From Eukaryota sp. TZLM1-RC (Eukaryota > Protista > Metamonada: BaSk clade), in the NCBI GenBank assembly GCA_040285825.1, contig JAUPSS010000001.1, positions 248,001 to 312,000 on the forward strand: DNA of 64,000 bases, written 5' to 3'. Position numbers and translations under genes: made by a program. The notes beneath the pieces were generated by a model. It was not told the origin of the DNA and made no database searches. It was given only the letters and a program-made list of their open reading frames with translations. Below are positions 11,836 through 22,059 of this stretch, one piece after another; within the stretch, counting starts at the first letter, position 1; each line of letters begins with the position of its first letter.

Positions 11836-11855
11836 CCAGTATAGAGTCCACAAGA

Positions 11856-14800
11856 ATGAACTTGTCACTTCTGGCATGGTTACTTCTCTCCTCATGTTTT
11901 TTCATGTTTGTGCTCCTTTTTGTTGGTCGGTTTTTCGGCATCTTGACGACCTTCATTCTTTCCTTCTTTCTTCCCAAGACACATCACATCAGAATCCACT
12001 CCCTACGACTAGGCATCCTAGGTGGAATCATCAAGCTTGCTGATGTCACAATCATTACCCGAAGTGCCAAAATACGAATTTCTTCCATTACCCTCACTTT
12101 TCTTTGGTCTGTCAACCACACTACTTCCTCTCCAAGACTCTGCTGCTCCATCAAGGGTCTCCAAGCTCTCTGTTTTGCCAATGCCAGCCGCTATGACATC
12201 CTCCGTGCTATCAATGCTAGACGTACACGTACAAAGGAATCTCGCATTTTTGACATTAGTAAAAACAAGATTGATTTTTCCAAAATTGATCGCGAATTCA
12301 TTCCCGACATTACTTTTGAGGATTTGCTATCTTACTTGGAAATTCCCATTCCCATACTCAATGCCACGTCATCAACCACGTCATCACACGTCATCCCTAC
12401 CTTTTACAAACTAGTTCCAGTTACCTCCATTAAACTACTAAACTGTGGAATTCTTTTGGGTAACAATACACTTCCTTTTACATTGATAACTACTTTCAGT
12501 GGTAGGGGGTTTCATGAATTCAGCCAGGCTCAAAATGAGCTTGACCTGTATAGAACCTCGACAAGATTAAATATTTTTGAACTTTCTGTAAAATTTCGAG
12601 AAAATGATGATTATGTTCCTTTCAATACAAACCAGCCAGCTAAAAACGAAGCTTTTCAAGCAGGAAGTGGTGATTACAGTTTGGAGTTCGATGCAGTTCA
12701 TCAATTCAAAGAGTATTTAACCGCAAGTGGATTTTCTGATTTGATTGATGACGTTTCTGCCGACGTCACCACTCCAGATGACTTTTTTAGACGCCAATCA
12801 GAACTCTGGGAAGAAGTTTCCGATTATGCATCTTGTAAAAACCTTTGTGACTGTGATTCTCTTTCACTTACCTATTATTATGATGTACCAGGTCAAGTGG
12901 CTCATAATTCTGGCGATGAAGGTCAAAATGATGACGTTTGCTACGAGACTCTTGTTGATTCTTCCCCACAATACGGAATTGATGTAAGATTTACATCAAA
13001 ATTAAAAGTTTTTTATGGACCCTATACTGATAGAATCAAAAACTCTTTATTGAGGTATTATTACCCGCTTCAATACGATACTAGGCCATTAGTCAATCCT
13101 TTTGAACCAGACTCGACAAGACTTTACCTATTTATGACCGTTTCAATCAAATTTGATCACCCAGTGTCAATCATTTTACCTTTCCGCCGGATGTTGGATA
13201 ACATTTCTAATCCCACCACCCAAGTTAATTCGCCAGGTTGCATTTCAGTTAACATTTCCCCGGGATCTGGTGTTTCTTTCCTTCAACCCTGGTACGATTT
13301 GGAGGATAAAGGAATGATTTCGTTGCTGGATTGTTCATTAAGGAATGTTTCGGTGACGTGTCATGACGTGGCAGCCGGTTTTGGTTCTTCATTACCATTA
13401 CTAACTGCAAATTCATTAGAAGTTAAAGCAGCAATGTCCTATCCCAGAAGTTGGAATGGAAAGTACAGGTGGTTGTTCTCTATCACGTCATCAAAGGTCA
13501 AAATTAACTATCTTTCTGACCTTTTGGACGTTTGCCAAGACTTTGCTGCTGATTTTGCTTCAGGGGCACCTAAATGGACTATCTCGAACTATTTTCCCAC
13601 CGAATATTCTTTCAAAGTTGCTTTTAAAGATGTTGCAATCAACCTCAACACCACAAAGCACAACATTGTAATCCCACATTGCTCTAATCTATTGTATTCC
13701 CAGGCTGTTCTGAGAGCTACTACGTTGAATCTCAGTGTAAGTTCTCCAATGATCTTATTTAATGCTCCTTTTGTTGAACATTCTTTTAATGTTTTGTTGG
13801 AGGATTGTAGTTTGAGCCTAAAATCACCAAATAATTCTCCTTTAATTTTATTTAAAAAAGAACCAGAAACAGTTTTTGACTTGGATTCTCTTGAAGTGAT
13901 TGGTAGTTATAAAGGCCATTATGCAGTTTTGCCTAACTATGTGGATGAATTCAAACTCAATGTTAGGGTGAATAGAGTTGAGGGTCCTTTCTATGGTTAT
14001 GAATTATTTATTTTTAAAGATTTATTAAGTAATTATTTTGGTTTGGATGCCGCTCCTATTACAATTACTGATTTCCAAAACAATTCCAACACTAACATTA
14101 ACTCAATTAAAAGAATGGATCAGAGAACTAAATGGTTTGATGGCTCTCTCAAACAATTTAATCCATTCAACTCGTTAATCAATGTCGAGGTTTTTGACTG
14201 TGAGTTGCAGTTGCCTTGTAATGTCGTAGAAGACGGTACTGTGCCTGTAGTTATTCAGAAGTTGATCTACACTTCTTCAGGATTAGATGGTCTTGCTGAC
14301 TCAAATGTCTTGATTCCATCAATTTTGATTGGTAACACATCACCAACTTCCCTTCCTCTTCTTTTTTCCGACTTCCAATTAATCCAAAAGGCTTTCTATT
14401 CTCCTTTACCCAATCTTGATTGCTATTACTTTTCTAATGTCATAAAGCTGTCCTCTGTTTCAGGAGAACCTTGCTTGGCCGAGTTTGCCAACATTATTGA
14501 TTGCTTTAGTATTATTTCTAAAACTATTTCTTTACCTCCCTTGAACAGCCCAGTTACGCTTGACCAGCCAGAATTTGATTTAAAATCACCTTTTTCTGTT
14601 TTGGAGTTGTCTATTTCTGATTTTGTTGTTTCTGTTTCCCTTCCCGATTCTGGGTTGTTAAACCTTACTTTGGCAGATGGAATTCATTTGAATTCAGAAT
14701 ATAGTCTCAGAAATTCTAGGGATGGTATTTTGATTTTACAATTACCAGACTTTTCTTTAAAATTATTTGCATCTAAAGAAGAGATAAAAAAGGGAATATT

Positions 14801-17800
14801 GATTGGAAATTTAATTAGTGTTTTTGAGGTCAATACGGCTCTTTGTGTTACTAAAGCCGACCAATTAAATCATTTTGAACTGGAAAGTGCCTATGAATCA
14901 TGGTTGATGGATTGTGATTCCGAATCAGGAAGGTTGGAATCTTTACTTGGAAGTTTAAAGCTGTCTTTGTTACCAGAAATAGGAGTTTTTGACTGTGAAG
15001 ACCTTTCAGATTTGATTGATGATGTCGATGACCAACTATTGGTGGATGACATTTCACATCATAGTAAACCTCATTCTGATGGTCTTGAAAAGTCAGTTCT
15101 ATCATTGGATGATTTTGATACCGCGATTGATGCTACTGATGGGTCACTTTCAGATCTTTCAATGGATACAAACTCTCTTTCCACAAGAAAATCAATCAAA
15201 ATTGATGGCTTTATGCACGTTTTCCACGACGAGTTCAATAGCTCATTAGACATTGTTAGAGAGCGATATCCAAAGTGTATTTCCCCTGCCAAGAAAGGAA
15301 GGTCTTTCCCCAATCAAGAAATCAATCATTTTGATTGTCCCACAAGTTCGCTCAATGTTAATCTAGCTTCTATTTCGCTTTTTGTATCTCCTTTAGCTTT
15401 GCCAAGTGTCTCAACCATTTCTGATTCTATTAAGTCCAAAGATGAGTTGAATTCCATAACCAGTTCTTTGCTAAATTCTGGGTTGGCAGAGTATTGCTCG
15501 AAACAACCTGCTCAAATGCCAACTATTGATTATCTTTACTCTGTCTCTGTCGGAGCTGTTTTGATTGAATCACCCTTGTCCTCGGTTAATGTTGAAGTTC
15601 CTGTCGCCAAGGCTGACTCTTTTGAGACACTTGTCATTGATCCCATATCAAGTGTCAGTGTGATCTCTATTAGCCTTGATGACGTGGCATTCGGTGTCAA
15701 ATTTTCCACAAGTGAGCCTGAAATTTCTGCTTTTTTGACACTTGCTTCTTTAAATTCTTCAATTACTTCATACTTTCAATCAACAATAGCCTTGGATAAT
15801 TATTTTATTGGTAAATCACAATATGCACTCTCAATGTGCCTAGATAATTTTAAATGTCAGTCCAGTCAAGGAAAGTCAAGCGGAGTTTTGAGCCTCACTT
15901 CTGACCCAATTTCTTGTTCTGTCTCACCTTCTTTCTATAGTTTATTCATTGGAATTAATCATGATTTGTCAACAAGGTTTAATTTTTGTTTTAATTCCAA
16001 TTCTTTTTCGCTATCGCCTATTCAAATTAACAAAGGCCTTGTTGAACCTTTATTAATCAAGGACCCCAAGTTTGTTGGGTTGAGTCACCCTTCACGAATT
16101 AGGAGGTTGTATGATGGGGTTACTGCTCTAAAGCCTAATCAGCTAAGAAAATTACATTCTAGATTGGAAAAAGTATCATTTGAGCAAAGTAGCTCATTCA
16201 CTCTGCCTCACAATCATTACATTTCCATTTGCTTACCAGGATTTGAAATCTCTTTAAGTTCCGATCGATCGGGACATCCTTGTACCTTTTCTTTATCCAA
16301 TATCTCCGCCAAGGGATCAATTTCCCAAGATTCGTTGCTCTGTGTCAGTTTTGATCAAATTTCACTCAAACTTTCTCCACTACTTACAGAGACTCTGGTG
16401 TCCATTAGGGCACAAATGAATCTACCATTAGAGGTGTTTAACGATGAGGATGAGTGTCAAGACGAGTTGTCTGAATTGTCAGAATTTGAGCAAGAAAATC
16501 CTTTTACAGAATACAAGCAGTTGATTAATACCCCCCAGTCAGCAACTCCAATCAAATCAACTCCAAAGGCAACTCCAAAAGCAATCATTTATGATAAGGA
16601 TTTGATTGATTTCTCAAGACAATTGTCGAAACTTTTGTATGAACCATTGGATCTTGACTCAACTGACACAGCTCAAAAATCGAAATTTTTCAGTTGTTTT
16701 TCCATCAAAACCAAGGTTAATTTATTTGAATTATCTTTAAGTTGTGACCATGGTAAACAGTCTGTTACTTTGGATTCACTACATTTAAGTATGGTTAACA
16801 ATTCAAAAACTGAGTCTTTTGTTTTAAATTTAAAATCTCTAAAAACTTTGTTTTCTAATGAAGAAAGTGTCTACGATTTTGGCATTAATATTTCTGATTT
16901 AGTTGTCAATTTGGTCAATCATTCTTCGTACTTGATCACTGTACATTCCTTCAATATTGCAATTCCTTTTTGTGGGGAGTATTGGGTTTTACCAAAGCTT
17001 TTGTTGGATGAGTTTCTTCCCTCAAGCTACAAAATACCATCCATTCTCAGTACGGATAACTCTGACAGTGATTACCAGGAGCACGTGGATTCTGAAGTTA
17101 AGGCTTCCTTGGTCAGGATTTATACACGTCATCGTCACCGTTTACCCTCCCAGTGGACTAATTTGTTGGATAATATAAGCAGTAGGAACCAGAAGAAAGA
17201 GGAAAGATTGCCAATCGAAGAAGTGGATAATGTCACCAGTGAATTGAATATTTCTGTGTTGATCTCTTCTTTTGTAGTCAGTTCTTTATTTGAAAGAACA
17301 CTTTTCAAGTTTGTTGTTGATTCTTGCTTGGTTAAGACCTTTATATCTGATTATTCTAGTTTTTATTTTGATACTGGTTCAATTGATTTGGAGTTTAGTC
17401 CAGTGTCTTCAACCAATCAAATGTCGTCATCAAAACTCTCTGATTTTGACCTAGATAACGTCACCAGCTCAGAGGAAGAGTTGTTATCATCAGATGATTT
17501 GGGTTGTTTCGATGATGATCTTCTTCAAGTTTCAAATGATTTTAACCACACTCACCCTGAAATTGGCAGGGAATATGTTAGCTTTGGCTTGGAAGAATTT
17601 GAAGTTATTGTCAGTGAAAAGAAGCTTTTTTCCATTCCAAGATTTCTTGTTCTTTATCGGCAAACTAAATCCAATTCATTTGTGAAGTTGTTTGTGTCCC
17701 CCATGACGAATATTGTCAGTACTGAAATTATTTCTTACTTGGCTCATTTGCAATCAAAAATAACAGAAGAGTTTGCCAATTATTCTCAAAAAATAACCAA

Positions 17801-20800
17801 TTTAATTAATTTATCGAAGAATTACTCAAGTGATGCTCAGGAATTGCTTCAAGCTTCCTCTAATTTAAACTTGAAATTCTCTATTGATGTATCGATACTG
17901 TTACGTTCAGTTACGATTGTAGCTCCTTCGCCAGCTGTCACGTTGGGGGTTAAATTGAATTCAATCAAATTCAAATTCAATAATGTTCAAAGTCAATCAT
18001 TTTCTTTGAATATTGACCGTATTAAACTTGAACTAGCCAATAAAAAGCTTCTTTTGGATGACTTCCATGAAAGTCTTTCCCAGTCAAGCTATTTTAGACC
18101 CGGTCATAATTCTCAAGGAAGTCTTGGTAATTCAACTTCTAATTCTGATACTGTGATTTCCCTCACCAAAAATGACACAATTTCTCTTGAATTAATTACT
18201 AGTCTTACGTTCAACACAATTATTGATGAATCAAAACTTACTATAATCAATGTCATTATCTCCAAACCCTATACAATCATTAGACCAAGGGCAATTCAAG
18301 CTTTAAATCTAATCATCTCTTCTTTTACCCGAGCTTATAGTTCTGTTGCCTCTAAAAGAGTTTTGGCTTCCATGCCGGCTGGGTTTAGTGCACAAGACCT
18401 TCAACAAGCACTGGCTGAATTGAAATCAAAAACAGAATGCAAGACTAGGGAGTGCTTGGAAAGTAGAACTATTTTGTTATCATTAACTGTTGATTCGGTT
18501 GGAGTTGCTTTGCCCGCATCGTTTGGCGTAGGAAATATTTCCAAAAATGATCCTTTAGGTTTAGTCTATATTGGGTGTGAATCAATTAAAGTTTCTTCAA
18601 GAGTCAAGCTCAATCAAATTATTGATACTTCTGGTCAATTTGATACTTCTGGTCAATTTTCATTACATCTGTCAAATCCAATTGCCAGAACCTTGTTAAT
18701 TAGCCAAGAAATTGAATTAAAACATTTGGGTAAACTTTGGAATTCTTTTCAATTTTCCCACTTGGTTTTTAATCTAGAATCTATCTCAATTAAGGGTGCG
18801 GGATCTCTTTCTGATACCAAACTCAAGTTTGGCGCGAATGTGTTTATGCCCGTTGCAAAGCTCGCTCTTAATGAAAGGTCAATAGGTGTTCTTTTTGAGC
18901 TGAGTCAGCTTTGGTCAAGTGATTTTCTTGGAAATTCTGCCACTGACACATCCCAATCTGATTGTTGCTCTGCTGTTGGGTCCGCTGTATCCTTCTCCAA
19001 ATCATCACTGAATCAGCAATCAGAGTCCTTTTTACCTGCAACTGATTCCGTTTTGATTGCTCCAACTAGTTCAATAAGCAAGCAGACTTTTGTTGACCTC
19101 ACAGTCAGAACTTGTGGTATTTCTATTGATTTCTGCAGTTTTGCTGATGGAAAAGACCAAAAATCAAAAAAAATTACTGACCCTTTCTCTTTAAGGTATC
19201 CTATTTTCCAATCGATTTCTTTACCCGGAATAGATTTTCTAGGCAACTATGTCTCTCATCCAGTTGAAGATATTTCTAATTCCAATTTACAATTGAAACT
19301 TTCTATTTCTGATTATATTAAAGTAACATTGACTCCAAAAATGGCTTCATTTGTGGCAACGTGTTTGCCAAATGATTCTTCTAGAACTTCTAGTAACCAA
19401 TTCTATTTCAACAATGAAGAAATTAAAGGTCAATTAGCAGATTACAAACAAGATTTGAAAGAAAAAAGAAAGAATTTAAAGAAGCAAAAGTACCAGGAAG
19501 AGCGCCTTGCTCGAAAGCAAAAGCAGAGTTTAATCAATAATGCTCAAGGTACGGTTGTGTTGTTGGTCACTCTGGCAGGGTTTGATTTAAGAATGTTAAA
19601 TGTTGATAAGAAGGAGGTCAATAGAGGTCAAGATGGACTGCTAATCAGAACTGATAGAGTTTCCGTTTTGGGGTCATCAACGCTGTCAGATTCGGTAGTT
19701 TGCCAGTCAATCACATCGACGGTTTTAAACCCTTTGATTGCAATCAATCTCCCATCAAATGTGTTGAAGGTTTCCTTTTCTGCCATAAGTCTCTCTTCAA
19801 CTAAAACTGTGAATCTATTATCGTTACCGGTAGTTTCTTTTTCCCTTGTTACGGGGGCTTCGAACATGGAGTTGTCATTACCCAATCTGCATTTGGTTTC
19901 TGTTGCCCTCAAAAGTTGGATTTCGCCTTTCAGTAGCTACACAAATAAGGAAGCTCTATCTTATCAACCCGAGGGAGTTCAAATGATTGGCAATTCTCAA
20001 TCAAATTCTCAATCAAATTCAATTACTTTCGGAGCTATCTCAATTGGTAATATTTCTATTAAATCAGATTTAGGTCCTGAACTAGGCCAATTGAAATTTG
20101 GAATCTCTTCAATTAGAGGCAAATTGCAATTATCTCCAGGTTTGACAGAAGAAATTCCTTTATCAATGCTACTATTAATAATAGATCATTTTTCAATGAG
20201 TTCTTCTGGATGTCTACACCTCAATACTTCTATCGACCGTACTTCTCTTGTTGCTTTTCAGGATAAGGTTGCTGCCAATTCGCCAATATTGCTCAGAGCA
20301 CGGCTTTCGAAACTGTTTTTTGACTTGGAGTTTGAAGTCAATAGAATTCTCTTTGCCAGGTCATCACTTTGCTCCTTTTACACGTCATCAGAGTTGCTGA
20401 CGTCATCAGATGACGTGGAGTTGCCTTGTACTTGGCTGGTGGTCAGAAATGGACAGTTAGCTTTGTCCTCGTACACCGTGCCTTCTTTAATAACAATTTC
20501 ACAGAGGTTGGCTAACTACTTTGATTTGGCCAGAATTGTTCCTGATTTAGTAACATTGTCTGACACAGACAGTCAAGAATCAGTTGACAATTTGATTGAT
20601 TACTTTGAATTGATTCCTTCCAAATTGATATTTGTTATTTCAAACTTTTCACTTTCTCTCTATAGTCGTGGTCTTCGAGATTCTGATTGGATTTCCTTTT
20701 TGGGAGAATCCGTTTACCTTGTTTTCCAGAGGGCCGTTAGTCATTCTGAAGGAATCATTCAGCGGCAATTAACCTTAACCTTAAAGAAAAATGAAATTGC

Positions 20801-21317
20801 TAAAATGACTGTCAGAAATTCAATGTCAGATGACGTTGCAACGCGTTTGAATGATCCCTATTCAAAATTTTTGGTTAGAGTTCCTGATACCGACATTGCT
20901 TTTATTTCTCAATTCAGTGATTCAAGCAGTGAAATTTTAGGTGAAATTGACTCAAAATTTAATGGTCCCTTCCAAATTGCATTTGACAAGACAAGGTATG
21001 AGCATCTCATTTCTACAATTAAATCATTCATGACACGTCTTGGAAGCCAAACTGCCGAGACGAACTCTTCAGTGAGCTCTTCTCAGTTGCAGGAGAAAAA
21101 TTCGAAATTTTCATATTCCTTTGGTGTTTCTTTCAACCCCACTATCCAATTTTTGGGTAATCATCGAGTTCCAATCACTACTTTGCTGGGCCAGTTCATC
21201 ACGGGGGATCCAGCCCAGGAATTCCCAAGAATTGTGCAAGAAAATATTATTTATTTGTTTGAAACTTTATTATCTGCTTCGAATGGCTTATTGAATACAC
21301 TGGAACAAACCTTGTGA
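11856..21317 (+). CDS. BLTP1: Giant bridge-like lipid transfer protein, BLTP1/KIAA1109/Tweek/Csf1 family (~3150 aa, single exon)
   Basis: N-terminal TM anchor (MNLSLLAWLLL...), then a Csf1-like N-terminus (IHSLRLGILGG.I...; YYYDVPG; YGPYTDR....L..YYP), a long beta-rich body and an FSA_C-like C-terminus (FNPTIQFLG...FPRIVQ). ATG 11856 is preferred over the TTG at 11700, which lies in Fanzor DNA. Confidence 0.8.
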   Translation: MNLSLLAWLLLSSCFFMFVLLFVGRFFGILTTFILSFFLPKTHHIRIHSLRLGILGGIIKLADVTIITRSAKIRISSITLTFLWSVNHTTSSPRLCCSIKGLQALCFANASRYDILRAINARRTRTKESRIFDISKNKIDFSKIDREFIPDITFEDLLSYLEIPIPILNATSSTTSSHVIPTFYKLVPVTSIKLLNCGILLGNNTLPFTLITTFSGRGFHEFSQAQNELDLYRTSTRLNIFELSVKFRENDDYVPFNTNQPAKNEAFQAGSGDYSLEFDAVHQFKEYLTASGFSDLIDDVSADVTTPDDFFRRQSELWEEVSDYASCKNLCDCDSLSLTYYYDVPGQVAHNSGDEGQNDDVCYETLVDSSPQYGIDVRFTSKLKVFYGPYTDRIKNSLLRYYYPLQYDTRPLVNPFEPDSTRLYLFMTVSIKFDHPVSIILPFRRMLDNISNPTTQVNSPGCISVNISPGSGVSFLQPWYDLEDKGMISLLDCSLRNVSVTCHDVAAGFGSSLPLLTANSLEVKAAMSYPRSWNGKYRWLFSITSSKVKINYLSDLLDVCQDFAADFASGAPKWTISNYFPTEYSFKVAFKDVAINLNTTKHNIVIPHCSNLLYSQAVLRATTLNLSVSSPMILFNAPFVEHSFNVLLEDCSLSLKSPNNSPLILFKKEPETVFDLDSLEVIGSYKGHYAVLPNYVDEFKLNVRVNRVEGPFYGYELFIFKDLLSNYFGLDAAPITITDFQNNSNTNINSIKRMDQRTKWFDGSLKQFNPFNSLINVEVFDCELQLPCNVVEDGTVPVVIQKLIYTSSGLDGLADSNVLIPSILIGNTSPTSLPLLFSDFQLIQKAFYSPLPNLDCYYFSNVIKLSSVSGEPCLAEFANIIDCFSIISKTISLPPLNSPVTLDQPEFDLKSPFSVLELSISDFVVSVSLPDSGLLNLTLADGIHLNSEYSLRNSRDGILILQLPDFSLKLFASKEEIKKGILIGNLISVFEVNTALCVTKADQLNHFELESAYESWLMDCDSESGRLESLLGSLKLSLLPEIGVFDCEDLSDLIDDVDDQLLVDDISHHSKPHSDGLEKSVLSLDDFDTAIDATDGSLSDLSMDTNSLSTRKSIKIDGFMHVFHDEFNSSLDIVRERYPKCISPAKKGRSFPNQEINHFDCPTSSLNVNLASISLFVSPLALPSVSTISDSIKSKDELNSITSSLLNSGLAEYCSKQPAQMPTIDYLYSVSVGAVLIESPLSSVNVEVPVAKADSFETLVIDPISSVSVISISLDDVAFGVKFSTSEPEISAFLTLASLNSSITSYFQSTIALDNYFIGKSQYALSMCLDNFKCQSSQGKSSGVLSLTSDPISCSVSPSFYSLFIGINHDLSTRFNFCFNSNSFSLSPIQINKGLVEPLLIKDPKFVGLSHPSRIRRLYDGVTALKPNQLRKLHSRLEKVSFEQSSSFTLPHNHYISICLPGFEISLSSDRSGHPCTFSLSNISAKGSISQDSLLCVSFDQISLKLSPLLTETLVSIRAQMNLPLEVFNDEDECQDELSELSEFEQENPFTEYKQLINTPQSATPIKSTPKATPKAIIYDKDLIDFSRQLSKLLYEPLDLDSTDTAQKSKFFSCFSIKTKVNLFELSLSCDHGKQSVTLDSLHLSMVNNSKTESFVLNLKSLKTLFSNEESVYDFGINISDLVVNLVNHSSYLITVHSFNIAIPFCGEYWVLPKLLLDEFLPSSYKIPSILSTDNSDSDYQEHVDSEVKASLVRIYTRHRHRLPSQWTNLLDNISSRNQKKEERLPIEEVDNVTSELNISVLISSFVVSSLFERTLFKFVVDSCLVKTFISDYSSFYFDTGSIDLEFSPVSSTNQMSSSKLSDFDLDNVTSSEEELLSSDDLGCFDDDLLQVSNDFNHTHPEIGREYVSFGLEEFEVIVSEKKLFSIPRFLVLYRQTKSNSFVKLFVSPMTNIVSTEIISYLAHLQSKITEEFANYSQKITNLINLSKNYSSDAQELLQASSNLNLKFSIDVSILLRSVTIVAPSPAVTLGVKLNSIKFKFNNVQSQSFSLNIDRIKLELANKKLLLDDFHESLSQSSYFRPGHNSQGSLGNSTSNSDTVISLTKNDTISLELITSLTFNTIIDESKLTIINVIISKPYTIIRPRAIQALNLIISSFTRAYSSVASKRVLASMPAGFSAQDLQQALAELKSKTECKTRECLESRTILLSLTVDSVGVALPASFGVGNISKNDPLGLVYIGCESIKVSSRVKLNQIIDTSGQFDTSGQFSLHLSNPIARTLLISQEIELKHLGKLWNSFQFSHLVFNLESISIKGAGSLSDTKLKFGANVFMPVAKLALNERSIGVLFELSQLWSSDFLGNSATDTSQSDCCSAVGSAVSFSKSSLNQQSESFLPATDSVLIAPTSSISKQTFVDLTVRTCGISIDFCSFADGKDQKSKKITDPFSLRYPIFQSISLPGIDFLGNYVSHPVEDISNSNLQLKLSISDYIKVTLTPKMASFVATCLPNDSSRTSSNQFYFNNEEIKGQLADYKQDLKEKRKNLKKQKYQEERLARKQKQSLINNAQGTVVLLVTLAGFDLRMLNVDKKEVNRGQDGLLIRTDRVSVLGSSTLSDSVVCQSITSTVLNPLIAINLPSNVLKVSFSAISLSSTKTVNLLSLPVVSFSLVTGASNMELSLPNLHLVSVALKSWISPFSSYTNKEALSYQPEGVQMIGNSQSNSQSNSITFGAISIGNISIKSDLGPELGQLKFGISSIRGKLQLSPGLTEEIPLSMLLLIIDHFSMSSSGCLHLNTSIDRTSLVAFQDKVAANSPILLRARLSKLFFDLEFEVNRILFARSSLCSFYTSSELLTSSDDVELPCTWLVVRNGQLALSSYTVPSLITISQRLANYFDLARIVPDLVTLSDTDSQESVDNLIDYFELIPSKLIFVISNFSLSLYSRGLRDSDWISFLGESVYLVFQRAVSHSEGIIQRQLTLTLKKNEIAKMTVRNSMSDDVATRLNDPYSKFLVRVPDTDIAFISQFSDSSSEILGEIDSKFNGPFQIAFDKTRYEHLISTIKSFMTRLGSQTAETNSSVSSSQLQEKNSKFSYSFGVSFNPTIQFLGNHRVPITTLLGQFITGDPAQEFPRIVQENIIYLFETLLSASNGLLNTLEQTL

Positions 21318-21539
21318 TTTTTCAGCTTTATTATAAATAAATTTGTGTATTTCAGGAGTTTTTTATAACCTAATTTTTAGTTTTAATTTAGAATGTCGAC
21401 CCATTTTCACCTTTTTTTAAAAGTTTCTGAGCCCAACATCACCCGGGATTTCAGCAACTCTTCTCTCTTGTTTTGTAGGTTATATGATTACTAATAAATA
21501 CTACTTTATTTGTAAACAATCACATGTCTCAAACACTGG

Positions 21540-22010
21540 GAGATCTCATTGAATATTAGTGTTGCAAGTTCGGGCATTATGGCCATATTGACCACATTTG
21601 CTAAATTTGTTCTTCCTTTTAGCTTCACCAGTTTCATCAGTAATTGTCACAAACAGTGAAGAATCTGATGACTGATTTTGACAAACACCATTTTCCAATA
21701 GCAATGAGTGAAGATCTTGATTTAAAACGACTGAGCTGCATATATTATTATAAAGATCATTTTCATACATTTCAGTCATTCGTTTCTGTATTGTTCGAAG
21801 AGTGTATTTTATATTTAAAAAATTCTTTTCATGAATATTACCATTGAATGATTAGGGAAAGCATCGACTCCACTTTTCTACATCAATTTTTGAAACTTCT
21901 TCATTTAAAGCAAAGATGGTAGAACTTTGTGTTGTAATTAATAAATCTTCCCAATCATCAAATCTTTTAGAAAACTCAAAAATTGCTTTTCTGCATCCAC
22001 CACCAGGTGA
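21540..22010 (-). mobile_element. Degenerate non-LTR retrotransposon fragment joined to a CCHC-like knuckle fragment
   Basis: MYENDLYNNICSSVVLNQDLHSLLLENGVC matches the 47618-48148 ORF. The distal part SKCGQYGHNARTC comes from a different source. Confidence 0.75.
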
Positions 22011-22059
22011 AAACGGAAAACAATTTTTGGAAAAAAGAATGAATCGAAAATAAGACCAA

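Noticed and set aside
11700-11855. N-terminal extension of the 3205-aa ORF (apparent Fanzor-BLTP1 fusion)
   Set aside because: It starts at TTG in a different frame from Fanzor and runs through the element's non-coding tail. The TM-anchored N-terminus begins naturally at ATG 11856.
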